From Octopus bimaculoides (lineage: Eukaryota): a stretch of DNA of 44,788 nt. A program made the position numbers and the translations under genes. Shown piece after piece: positions 13,820-25,798 of the stretch (the stretch's first letter is position 1; every line of letters begins with the position of its first letter). The DNA lies in NCBI RefSeq assembly GCF_001194135.2, contig NC_068995.1:818764-863551 (forward strand), written 5' to 3'. Under the pieces are notes generated by a model, which ran no database searches, was not told the DNA's origin, and saw only the letters and a program-made list of their open reading frames with translations.

Positions 13820-13853
<34 letters not shown>

Positions 13854-15282
13854 AACGCACACAAGCACACATATATATACATGCACGAGTAACCGTAGCT
13901 ACATACATACATACGTACATAATACAGACACCTGGTACATACAAAAACATGCTTGCATGCATACACACACACAGAAGACGATCGTTGTTTGGTAGCGAAG
14001 ATCCTTTCAAAGATAAACACCTTACATTCTTGCTAACGTTTCCAGTTTTTGACAGAATGATTTAAATGTGGAGAAAAGACGTTGTACGTTGATAAATGAT
14101 ATCGTTATGGAGCGTGGCTGGTCATAAGATACACAGGATATGGTCCACATAACACGACATTATACATTACGCATATGAGAACATCTAATATGTATGCATA
14201 TGTGGGTGAATATATGTATTAACACATTCATATTTATGTAAATATATTCACTCATATATATATATATATATATACATTTGTGTGTGTGCATATATATATA
14301 TATATATATACACATACACATATGTGTATTAGAAAAATATGGGTGTGTATGTATATACATACATACATACATACATACATACATACATACATGCAAACAT
14401 ACATAAATATGTGTATTAGAAAATTATGGGTGTGTATATATAGTATACACACAGGGGGTGTTTCAAAAGCCACTAACACTCTTTTATTTTCACACTTCTC
14501 TCCGATCTCCGTGAAAACTGATGTGTGTCCCCGCCACACACACTTTTGAAATTATTGATACGCAACTGAGCAGCGAGGCAAATTTTGAAATGTGGAGTAT
14601 ATCTTTATAAATAAGCAGAAATTTAACCCTTATTTATCGGATGCACTGTTAAGCAAATTACACACACTGAAACCATAAGCTGCTAAACTTTCTCTGGAAC
14701 GAAAAGATGTGATCATTCTCTGATGAAGGTTTTAAAAGCCTAGAAACTAACCTGCCAGGGAAATGCTGTGACGTAACTACTTTATATTTACTTTTCACTG
14801 AAGTCTAAAGCATATATTTTATTGCAACTAAAAAGCCTAGTTGGTCACAACTGGACTGTCTGTAGCTTAGGGCTTCTCAATCAGGGCAGTCTTGTGCTGA
14901 ACAACTAGAGAGGTGTATAAACAAACCATTTGCTGTATATCTGGGGTAGCAAGGATCAGTCTGCTATTTGAATGTAGGGAAAGCAAATAGCAAGCAAACG
15001 GAGGAGTCATAAACGGGAGCTCAAAGTCAATGACTCACCTATTTTCTGATTCTGTCATAAACAGTTGATCTTCCGCCTTGAGTTAGCATTATTCTTGAAC
15101 TATCAATATCCGATTAGCTTTCCTGTAATACATTCCCTCAATATCCGGACAGACATGCAATTCACACCACCTTTTTTTTTTATCTTTCACTCGCTTCATA
15201 CCTTACTCCTCCAATGCACATAAATACAAGTGGAAATAGGGGACTGAATTTATTAAAGGATATGAGGATAGAACACTTGGAT

Positions 15283-15431
15283 CAGGGGTTCTCAATCGGG
15301 GTCCATATAAGATTTTCTTGATAAAGTTTATGAGCAATAAATATTGCTTGTACAATACACAAAATCAAAAATATTTTTTATACAATTCCTAACAATATCT
15401 AAGTATAAAGATATTAAAGGATTTTTATAAG
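15283..15431 (+). mobile_element. hAT/Charlie-like non-autonomous element end, runs into gap
   Basis: Starts CAGGGGTTCTCAA, the typical hAT-Charlie terminal motif, similar to CAGAGGTTCTCAAC at 39223. The partner terminus is not visible. Confidence 0.45.
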
Positions 15432-16599
15432 NNNNNNNNNNNNNNNNNNNNNNNNNNNNNNNNNNNNNNNNNNNNNNNNNNNNNNNNNNNNNNNNNNNNN
15501 NNNNNNNNNNNNNNNNNNNNNNNNNNNNNNNNNNNNNNNNNNNNNNNNNNNNNNNNNNNNNNNNNNNNNNNNNNNNNNNNNNNNNNNNNNNNNNNNNNNN
15601 NNNNNNNNNNNNNNNNNNNNNNNNNNNNNNNNNNNNNNNNNNNNNNNNNNNNNNNNNNNNNNNNNNNNNNNNNNNNNNNNNNNNNNNNNNNNNNNNNNNN
15701 NNNNNNNNNNNNNNNNNNNNNNNNNNNNNNNNNNNNNNNNNNNNNNNNNNNNNNNNNNNNNNNNNNNNNNNNNNNNNNNNNNNNNNNNNNNNNNNNNNNN
15801 NNNNNNNNNNNNNNNNNNNNNNNNNNNNNNNNNNNNNNNNNNNNNNNNNNNNNNNNNNNNNNNNNNNNNNNNNNNNNNNNNNNNNNNNNNNNNNNNNNNN
15901 NNNNNNNNNNNNNNNNNNNNNNNNNNNNNNNNNNNNNNNNNNNNNNNNNNNNNNNNNNNNNNNNNNNNNNNNNNNNTATATATGTATATCTGTATGTATA
16001 TACATACGTGTGTATATATATATATTCAGGAGTAAATAAAAAGACAACGGAAAATATGACATACCTGTGTGTGTGTATGTATATATATATATATATATAT
16101 AGGTATATAGATAGATATATATACACACACACGCACGCACTCATAGACAGAGGAGCATATAGATACTCGGATGGCTAGACAGGTAGGTATGAATGTAGGT
16201 AGGTAGGTAGGTAGGTAGTGAGGAAGGGAGTGGGGTAGTTAGGTGTGTAAGTGATCGGTTGACGGCAGAAAGTGGTCTGAAATATTTTGCTGTGCCAGTC
16301 TGTGTGTGAAAGGTCAGACGGAGTGGTGGTGGGAGAAGGGGAAGAAAGAGGAGAACACTGCGTACAAGCGGGCTGTGTGTGTATAGGTATATGTATGTAT
16401 GTGTCTCTGTGTGTTTGTATGTATGTTTGTGTGTCTGCGTATGTGTGCAGTTATGCTTGTATCGATATATCCGTGCGTTTCTATATTGCTATACAAGCAT
16501 AATGTGCGTGTGTGTGTTTGAAAATATACATACATACACGCATATATATAGAGAGAGAGAGACAGACAGACAGAGAGACAGACAGAGACAGAGATCCTT

Positions 16600-16641
<42 letters not shown>

Positions 16642-17414
16642 NNNNNNNNNNNNNNNNNNNNNNNNNNNNNNNNNNNNNNNNNNNNNNNNNNNNNNNNNNN
16701 NNNNNNNNNNNNNNNNNNNNNNNNNNNNNNNNNNNNNNNNNNNNNNNNNNNNNNNNNNNNNNNNNNNNNNNNNNNNNNNNNNNNNNNNNNNNNNNNNNNN
16801 NNNNNNNNNNNNNNNNNNNNNNNNNNNNNNNNNNNNNNNNNNNNNNNNNNNNNNNNNNNNNNNNNNNNNNNNNNNNNNNNNNNNNNNNNNNNNNNNNNNN
16901 NNNNNNNNNNNNNNNNNNNNNNNNNNNNNNNNNNNNNNNNNNNNNNNNNNNNNNNNNNNNNNNNNNNNNNNNNNNNNNNNNNNNNNNNNNNNNNNNNNNN
17001 NNNNNNNNNNNNNNNNNNNNNNNNNNNNNNNNNNNNNNNNNNNNNNNNNNNNNNNNNNNNNNNNNNNNNNNNNNNNNNNNNNNNNNNNNNNNNNNNNNNN
17101 NNNNNNNNNNNNNNNNNNNNNNNNNNNNNNNNNNNNNNNNNNNNNNNNNNNNNNNNNNNNNNNNNNNNNNNNNNNNNNNNNNNNNNNNNNNNNNNNNNNN
17201 NNNNNNNNNNNNNNNNNNNNNNNNNNNNNNNNNNNNNNNNNNNNNNNNNNNNNNNNNNNNNNNNNNNNNNNNNNNNNNNNNNNNNNNNNNNNNNNNNNNN
17301 NNNNNNNNNNNNNNNNNNNNNNNNNNNNNNNNNNNNNNNNNNNNNNNNNNNNNNNNNNNNNNNNNNNNNNNNNNNNNNNNNNNNNNNNNNNNNNNNNNNN
17401 NNNNNNNNNNNNNN

Positions 17415-17501
17415 AAAGCGCGTCAAGTGAGATCCAATGTCAAGACGAATCTGATTTGTTTCATCGATGGGACAGGAATTGACCACACAGAATTTGTTCC
17501 A
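17415..17501 (+). mobile_element. Tc1/mariner transposase fragment (start of catalytic domain)
   Basis: Translates KARQVRSNVKTNLICFIDGTGIDHTEFVP, matching the mariner consensus KKAR..SxxKxMLxVFFDxxGIVHxEFxP. The 5' part is hidden in gap 16642-17414. Confidence 0.8.
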
Positions 17502-17505
17502 CTTA

Positions 17506-17575
17506 CGGCGGCGAGGAGCTGGCAGAAACGTCAGCACGCCGGCGAAATGCTTGGCAGAATTTCGTCTGCCGCTAC
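17506..17575 (+). mobile_element. SINE family A tRNA-like head inserted in the mariner remnant
   Basis: GGCGGCGAG..GCTGGCAGAAACGTCAGCACGCCGG.CGAAATGCTT..ATTTCGTCTGCCGCTAC matches the heads at 31613 and 41524. Confidence 0.8.
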
Positions 17576-18425
17576 CAAACTTTGAAGAAAAGCTACATGG
17601 TATAATCCACCGTTTTTGTTAAGTATAAGCAAAAAGTCTAACAAATGCTTTCTGCATCTCATAACTTCAACTTGCACCTTCACATCGTTATAGGAAAATC
17701 TTTAAATACAATACGCATTAATAAGCTTATCAATACTAACGAAATCTTGTCTAAAATTCGTTTATAATATTGTAACATCGGTGAATAATGAGAAAATAAT
17801 GGAGCACTAGCTTGCTCTTTGGAAACGTACAAATATACGAAGTATATTTGACACTAGAGAGACATAGCTAGCTTTGGATAGAAGATTCCCGTAACACAGT
17901 TAAATGGAGAAAGCAGACGATCAGAACGCAAGCACTCATGCGCAGAAATACAATCACCACTCGTAAGCAGATGCTCGGTGGACAGAAACTGACAGCAGAT
18001 ATCAATCGTATACGTCGCCGCCGCTGCCACAGACGTCATTAATCAAAATACGATTTAGGGACTGGCTACAACAACAGGAACTTTGTATTCAATACATTAC
18101 ATAGAAGACGGGCGATTAAGGCCCCAGTAGATACGCAACCAAAGGCCTTATGTATTGCACGTACACAGAAAGTTAGTTTCATTTTTATGCCCCCTTCTCT
18201 TTTCCCTTTCAAATAATACTGTCTTTAATTAGTAAGACGAATCACTGATTAAACTTTCAAGAACTTATTAATGTAATGACCTTCATTAACAAATAGACTT
18301 AGTGACTGATAGTTTGTACGCTCTGTAGAGATATCAAGGGATTGACATATCTATTACACGAGAATATACACGCCCTCATATGTATATACGCATGGTGTAA
18401 ACAGTTTTAAAACATCCACGGTTAT

Positions 18426-18464
<39 letters not shown>

Positions 18465-19399
18465 AACGATTCATTAACTACATAGAAACGAAGATAGAGA
18501 TTTTGTAATAATACAAGCATAAAACAATACTCTATGCGACAATTCAATAACCATTAAGATATTCACAGTTTAAATAAAGAACAAAAATATTTTAAATGTA
18601 AAATAAGTTATTTAATAAAAAATTATGCGAAGAGCTATTGTTGCAAAAGTAGTCGTCGTAACGAATTCAAAGAATACCCAAGTACGATATATACACACAC
18701 ATACACACAAACAAACACATATAGGGGTGGCGGGTGGGGGACGAAAGTTGCTTTTCTGGAATGTGATGGATGTTGATCGAGTGAGGGGAAGATATATATA
18801 TATGTATGTATGTACATATATATTTATATATATATGCATTTGTATCTATATATATACATATATGTGTGTGATTGTGTTGTGAATGTATTTGTGTGTCCTC
18901 ATTGTTCTCGCGCTTATGACAGAACAATCTTTCACTTCTCTCCCTCACATTAACCTCTCTCTCTCTCATCATCATCATCTTCATCATCATTATCACCATC
19001 TGCAGCAAGAGCAATAACATCAACCACAACTGCAGCATCTACTCGCTTATTATTATCGTTATTAATGTTTATGTGGTCCCGCTTTTTAATATCATCAATA
19101 TAATCCACATGTGAAAGACCCAAGTGCACACACATTCTCATAGTAGAGGTTTTTTTTTGGTTTTTTGGTTTTTAAATGATAAAATACGTACAAAGCCGGC
19201 GCGGGCACACATACATGCGCGCGCGCGCTAAACCGGTTTCATGATTTCGGATGCAGGGAAATGGCGCAGGTTAACCCAGATATGACACTATAATGGCGTG
19301 GGAATCTCTCTCTCTTTATCTCTCTGTCTATCTATTTAGCTATCGAGATGGCTAACCATCCCTCTATCCGCATTTTTTTCTATCTGTAATCCTACTTAT

Positions 19400-19419
19400 C
19401 TATCTATCTCCCCCCTCCC

Positions 19420-19451
<32 letters not shown>

Positions 19452-19465
19452 TATTTCTTTCTTTC

Positions 19466-19550
<85 letters not shown>

Positions 19551-19810
19551 CTTTCTCTTTCTCTTTGTCTGTTTATCTGTCTGTCCCTTCTATTTCTTTA
19601 AAATCTACCTCCTTTATGCTTTTTGTCTCTTTCTTCTGCTGACTCTCTCCTTCACGTTTTTCCTCTCTCATATACCCTTTCACCATCTCCCTCTCAGCCC
19701 CTCTCTCCCTTTCTGTCCCTCTATCTATCTATTTACCTCCCCCTCTCTCTCTCTCTCTCTCTCTCCATCTATCTCTCTATCTATCTATCCATCTATCGCT
19801 TTCCATCTCT
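19400..19810. repeat. Long polypyrimidine compound microsatellite (TTTC/TC/ATCT)
   Basis: Direct reading; about 400 bp that are almost entirely C/T on the + strand. Confidence 0.95.
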
Positions 19811-20045
19811 AGAGTCTCCGTTCGTCAGCAATTCGACTGTTCTAATTGAGGGAACTGCTCATATGCTCACAGCATTGAAATTTTGCTGAAGCTGGAGGCG
19901 GCGGCGGTGACGGTGGTAGTGGCAACGGTAATAATGAGGAGGAGGGGGTAGGAGTGGAGGAAGGGGAGGAGGAGGGTGGAAGATATGATAGCAATGACGG
20001 CGATGACGACGAAGATGGCTGGAATGCGAGAAATAATCGACGAAA

Positions 20046-20200
20046 AGTAGCCAGGGTTTATGACTGGTATTCATTTGATCGACCCCTTTCTCCACCGTCA
20101 GAAATGTGAAAGGTAAAGACCTAAAATTCTTTAAGGAGGTGCCCCAGCATGGCCGCAGTCTAATGACTGAAACAAATAAAAAAATAAAAGATGAAAACAG
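20046..20200. mobile_element. SINE fragments: family A core (-) abutting a SINE 3' tail (+)
   Basis: GACTGGTATTCATTTGATCGACCCC followed by AAGGAGGTGCCCCAGCATGGCCGCAGTCTAATGACTGAAACAAATAAAA; this tail resembles 36440-36490. Confidence 0.6.
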
Positions 20201-21181
20201 AAAATTTGGTGAAACACGTGACTTGAAGTTGTTCCAGGAGTCAGACGAACAGATGTGGAAGGGACTGAGTGAGGAGGAGGGGGAGAAGAGAGGGGGAGGG
20301 GGAGAAGAGNNNNNNNNNNNNNNNNNNNNNNNNNNNNNNNNNNNNNNNNNNNNNNNNNNNNNNNNNNNNNNNNNNNNNNNNNNNNNNNNNNNNNNNNNNN
20401 NNNNNNNNNNNNNNNNNNNNNNNNNNNNNNNNNNNNNNNNNNNNNNNNNNNNNNNNNNNNNNNNNNNNNNNNNNNNNNNNNNNNNNNNNNNNNNNNNNNN
20501 NNNNNNNNNNNNNNNNNNNNNNNNNNNNNNNNNNNNNNNNNNNNNNNNNNNNNNNNNNNNNNNNNNNNNNNNNNNNNNNNNNNNNNNNNNNNNNGTGGTG
20601 GTGGTGTCGGTAAAGAGGGAGACTTTCAAAGAGTGTCTTAACAAACAACATGGTGATAGCAAGAGAATATAATATTTTACAGAAGTGAGCATGAAAAGCG
20701 AAGGCGACATAATTTCGTTGGTATGATTATCTTGGGACATTTGTTATAAACGAAAAAGAAAGAAAACAAAAAGGAGAAAGTGTGTTAGTAATAAGCGACA
20801 TGGCGATACCAAATGACTAAAACTATTAAACGAGCCGGAAAACTAAAAAGTCGTCGTCCGATTTTGGTGTTTGTTGATGAAAAAGATACATAATGGCTGT
20901 CTCTTGTGTAAAGAAAGATGGACGGATTACGGATTACCAATGAGGATGGACATATGTGCGTTCGAGAAAATCCAAAATATTATAAATATTGTATAGTACA
21001 TTAAAGCTTGTTTGTATACGCTGCACATTTTTATATATATTTTTGTTTTATGTATTTATATTTTTGAGATTTGAACTTCAAATGTAATGAAATTTAGTGA
21101 AATATCACAAGCTATTCTTTCAACTATTGTACGAAGATTATCTTCTTAAATTTTATGATAATAACTACAAAGGTTTCCATT

Positions 21182-21335
21182 TTTTGGCCCAAGGCAGGCA
21201 ATTTCATGGGAGGCAGCGAGTCAATTGAACTGACTCCCGTGCTTGACTGATACTTATTTTATCGACCGCGAAAGGGTGAAAGGCAAAGTCGACTTCGACG
21301 GAATTTGAACTCAGAACATAAAGACAGACAAAATC
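21182..21335 (-). mobile_element. SINE family A
   Basis: TATCGACCGCGAAAGGGTGAAAGGCAAAGTCGACTTCGACGGAATTTGAACTCAGAAC is a near-exact reverse complement of the family core. Confidence 0.85.
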
Positions 21336-21581
21336 GTTACTTAAGAGTCTTATACCTGGATTAATCCAGACAATCGTTAGATGATGCGATAACGAGTATA
21401 TACCGATGTTGCAGTGGATACGAAGTGCTAAATGGATCGTTGCCTATTCCTTCATCTATATTTCAAAACAAGGAAGTCTTGTATTTTGAACTTATATTAG
21501 AAGTATGTCGGATGGCGAATTTCACGATGGAAATATTTTCTGCCTGTTCTTCTGCATTCCTGACAGGATTTTCTTTTACAG

Positions 21582-21632
21582 GAATATCTTTGTTGTCACA
21601 ATTAGCCGTCTCTCAGACCTCCACACAAGGGT
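21582..21632 (+). other. Candidate 51-nt internal exon
   Basis: Strong acceptor ATTTTCTTTTACAG|G and donor GGT|GTAAGT. Length is a multiple of 3 and two frames are open (GISLLSQLAVSQTSTQG or NIFVVTISRLSDLHTR). No homology recognised. Confidence 0.3.
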
Positions 21633-22884
21633 GTAAGTGTATGTACACAATTTTTCTGCGTTCTGCAATGTGTGTATACAGAAAAAGAAAGAGAGAGAGA
21701 GAGAGAGTTAGGCGTACATGTTTGTAAATAGATCGAGAGGGATAAAGGAAGTGGGGAAAACATCGTGGGACGCTGCTTTTTGCCATGTAAAGCATCAGGG
21801 TGTTGGTTTACCGCTGTGAATAGTCCGCTGACGATTGCGGTGTCAAAATTCCTGGATACCAGCGTGAAACCATCGTGCGGAAGTAACTACAGGCACTAGA
21901 CACACTTGTAAAACACACGCATGCACGCACATATGTGTGTGTGTGTGTGTGTGTGCTTATATGTATATAATTAATATAGATTGTAGAAATGTACACATGC
22001 TTTCACACAACCACACACACACACACACGCACTCACATATACGGAAGTAAGTAACGATCGGAATGAAAGACACGTCTTCCAGTAAATCTGCTTAGTCTGG
22101 CGAAATGGTAGTTTTGGCAACAGCCAATAATAAGGAATGGAAACTATAAAAGAATGGAACAGTTACGGAATGAAAGAAAGACCAAAGGGAGAAGAAATAA
22201 ATACATAAACAAATAAACTATTAAAAAAAAATAATAATAATAATAAAATTTACCCTCAGAAACTAATAAAAACTGTGGAAGTGGGTCCCTCTTTCGTAGT
22301 GTTTTTTGTTTCTGTTTTTCTTTTTTTTTTTCATAGTTTCCTTTTTTTTTTTTCTTTTACATTCTACGCAAATATGGTCGGGTACTTGTTGCGAAAAGAA
22401 AGAAGAAAAAATGTTTCCTTTTATTTCATTTTAATTTTTTATGATTTTTCTTTCTTTTTTCTTTTTTCCTCTAAATATAGAGAATCCCAATGTTTGTTAT
22501 CTTTAAAAACATCTGAGTGAAGAACAGGTCGCAAGAAAACTATTTTATACGCTTCCTATTACAAGCAGGTTTCTATTTAATTCTATTCTTTTTCTACAGC
22601 TGACATCAACTAAATATTAAAAAGAAAAAGACTATACGAACAACCTAAGAACATTTATAAAAAAATATGTCGGATTTTCCTCGTAGGTCGTTGAATTTGT
22701 CAAAATAGTGTATTTCTTGTTGCTGTTATTGTTGATTAATTCCGATGCGTAAAACTAAATGTTTTTGTGGTTACAATATGAACAGTTGACGGCGACCTCC
22801 AAAAGAAACGTTAGATTTTTAATCTAAATACCATCGAAATTGAATGTCGTGAAAAGATGTTACAATTCTCAGGTCTGTGGTGTA

Positions 22885-23042
22885 CAGAAAATGCTGAGCG
22901 GTATTTCGTCTATCTTCACGTTCTTAGTTCAAATTCCGCCGAGATCCACTGTGCCTTTCATCCCTTTGGGATCGATAAAATAAGTACCAGTTGAGTACTG
23001 GGGTCGATGTAATTGACTTACCCCTCCCCTCAAAATTAGAAA
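22885..23042 (+). mobile_element. SINE family A
   Basis: GCGGTATTTCGTCT..GTTCAAATTCCGCCGAG..CCTTTCATCC..GATCGATAAAATAAGTACCAGTTGAGTACTGGGGTCGATGTAAT. Confidence 0.88.
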
Positions 23043-23087
23043 GTTCATTATTATTATTATTACTACTACTACACTTTATAACAAAGC

Positions 23088-23262
23088 TATAAGCTGACAA
23101 AATCGTTAGCACGTCAGGCATTTAGGGCACAAGAAAAGTATCGTACGGCTCATGTCCATTATAGGTTCGAGATCGATAAAATAGAGTCCTAGCTAAACAC
23201 TAGGGACGATGTAATCAACCAAAATCCTCTCCAGCAAAAATTACTGAAATTCTGCCTAAGTT
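23088..23262 (+). mobile_element. SINE family A, diverged tandem copy
   Basis: AAGCTGACAAAATCGTTAGCACG head followed by GATCGATAAAAT..GACGATGTAATCAAC. Confidence 0.6.
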
Positions 23263-24168
23263 CTGCTTATATTCTCTTTTGGGGGGGGGGCTGAGATTTT
23301 CTTAAGCTTTCTATTCCCTTCAGTATTTGTCCCTTTATTTTATCGACAAGCTCAGTGAACCTTTTCCATTCAAAGAACAACAAACGTAAAAGTGATTCCC
23401 CCCGAAGATGGCCATCAGTGCGTGCAACATCTCTTTCCAGATATTTAATACAGAAACGCATAGAAAACCAGCGAGAACATATAAGAACGTTATTTTCCTC
23501 CTCTAACACGAACATTCGTTCAGATTTATTTCCTTAACGGATTTATTCTTAATAGACTTAACTTAAATAGCCATAAGGTAAAACAGGATGACATAAACGA
23601 TTGTTCTTTGAATTCGGTCAATGAATAGCCAGGGTGTTTGCATGTACACAAGGGTGCGTTTCTGACTGAATGAGCGTGTTTGTGTGTGTGTGTATGTGTG
23701 TGTGTGTGTATGTGTGGTGTGTGTGTGTATGTGTGTGTGCGAGTGGGGGATGAGAGAGAAACGGGGGTTGCTCGCACGTGCAATGTGGCATTGTTGTAAT
23801 GTAGAAAACCATAAATAAAGCCAAATACGACACCAGTAGTTCGTCTGAAAATTATACGAGTGTATATATATATATATATATNNNNNNNNNNNNNNNNNNN
23901 NNNNNNNNNNNNNNNNNNNNNNNNNNNNNNNNNNNNNNNNNNNNNNNNNNNNNNNNNNNNNNNNNNNNNNNNNNNNNNNNNNNNNNNNNNNNNNNNNNNN
24001 NNNNNNNNNNNNNNNNNNNNNNNNNNNNNNNNNNNNNNNNNNNNNNNNNNNNNNNNNNNNNNNNNNNNNNNNNNTACATATGTATATACATGTATGTATA
24101 TACACATATGTATGTTTATACACGCATATATATACATTTGTATATATATATATATATTTCTACATTTG

Positions 24169-24246
<78 letters not shown>

Positions 24247-24517
24247 TGTGTGTGTGAGTGTGTGTGTGTATGCATATATATGTATATGTATATATATGTA
24301 TATATTTACACCCACATACAAAGAAACAGAAATAGATGGGACAACGACGCTAGACAGACATGTTGTTAAGCATTTACACCACTCCCTCCGCACTCCAAAA
24401 GATTGTTCGTGTAAAGGCAAGTGCACATATTTGTAAATCAACAGATGCGAGGTTCGATACTAGCCTAGGATGATTTTCAGTATGTAAATATATAATGCCC
24501 AATATAACATAATATAT

Positions 24518-24622
<105 letters not shown>

Positions 24623-25356
24623 CGTGCGTGCGGAAGCTATACATATTTTCATGCTTCTCTTTGTCTAGATGTGTGTGCACAGATTGTATGTATCTTGGTT
24701 TAGAAAGTTCATGTGTCTATAAGTATGTTTCATTATGTGCGTGAGTGTGACAGTGTGTGTATGTATACGTATGTATGTATGTATGTATGTATGTATGTAT
24801 ACACACAGGTATACATACATATGTATTCATACGCATACACACATACACACACAAACACTCATATATACATATACATGCATGCAGACACATGCACACCTAT
24901 ACGTACGTACATACATACATACATACATACGTACGTACGTACGTACATCAGACCCTTTCCCCAGTCAGTCTGTCTGTCTGTCTGTCTGTCTGTCGTCGTA
25001 TTTGACATTTGGAGCTAATGTCAACTGTTGTTATTGATATGAGTGCTTAGTTTGGACTATCCAACGATTATGTAGTTCACTAGTGGTAATAACACTACAA
25101 CTACTACAACTACTACTAGTGGTGGTGGCGGCGGCGCGCATCAGCTTCTCTCCACCACCAGCCAGTTTGTGATGGGATGGTGTTATTATTACTATCAAGT
25201 AAGCCTCATCACCACGTGACAACATCACAGTCTAATTGTTCTAATAGCAACGTTATGATGACCTCTTTTTACGCCTCAATCACGTCATATACACACATCA
25301 ATTGCACACATTCCGCATTCACACCGCGTATATGTATATTCACGGTTATTCATTCC

Positions 25357-25399
<43 letters not shown>

Positions 25400-25506
25400 A
25401 CAAACTCTATCATTACACACGCATATAAGTATATATATTACACACGCATATATGTATGTATATTATTATCATTATTATATTTATTATTATTATTATTATT
25501 ATTATT

Positions 25507-25582
25507 CAGGTCACTGCCTGGAATCGAACTCGGAATCTTGGGGTTAGTAGCCCGCGCTCTTAACTACTACGCCATATGCCCG
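25507..25582 (-). mobile_element. tRNA-derived head (family D) followed by (AAT)n; not a functional tRNA
   Basis: Minus strand reads CGGGCATA-TGGCGTAGTAG(A box)-TTAAGAGCGCGGG-CTACTAA-CCCCAAGATTCCG-AGTTCGATTCC(B box)-AGGCAGTGACCTG-(AAT)n. The T and acceptor stems are poorly paired. Confidence 0.7.
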
Positions 25583-25584
25583 TA

Positions 25585-25798
25585 GATTCCGAATTCGATT
25601 CCAGGCATAATAATAATAATAATAATAACATCGAAAAATACCTTAGGAATGAGAACCCAGGTTCGAAATTTCCCCAAGACACCTGATGAAGGTTGGAGGG
25701 TATATCAGCCGAAACGTTGTGTTAACAAGAAACAAAATGAGGACAAATATCCGTCAATTGTAAATAATGTACATAATTTCTCATCTCTTAAATATAGA
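25585..25798 (+). mobile_element. Family D composite element: partial tRNA head + (AAT)n + hammerhead-containing tail
   Basis: 25585-25606 is a 21/22 inverted copy of 25516-25537. The tail from 25699 is repeated nearly identically at 26692-26786. Confidence 0.7.
25678..25723 (+). ncRNA. Minimal type I hammerhead ribozyme candidate (Penelope-associated, dimer-type stem III)
   Basis: GACAC-CTGATGA-A-GGTTG(GAGGGTATAT)CAGCC-GAAA-CGT-T-GTGTT. Intact CUGAUGA and GAAA core, 5-bp stem I, 5-bp stem II, stem III reduced to self-complementary ACGT, predicted cleavage after GUU (25718). Confidence 0.6.

Noticed and set aside
14446-14552. TACACAGGGGGTGTTTCAAAAG resembling a Tc1/mariner TIR
   Set aside because: Only a 9-bp inverted partner (CTTTTGAAA) is present, with no full TIR pair or TA duplication.
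20106-20309. Protein-like ORF MKGKDLKFFKEVPQHGRSL..
   Set aside because: Overlaps SINE fragments and a purine-rich tract.
25507-25582. Possible tRNA gene with anticodon ACT
   Set aside because: Acceptor and T stems do not pair properly and it is followed by (AAT)n, so it is better explained as a SINE head.
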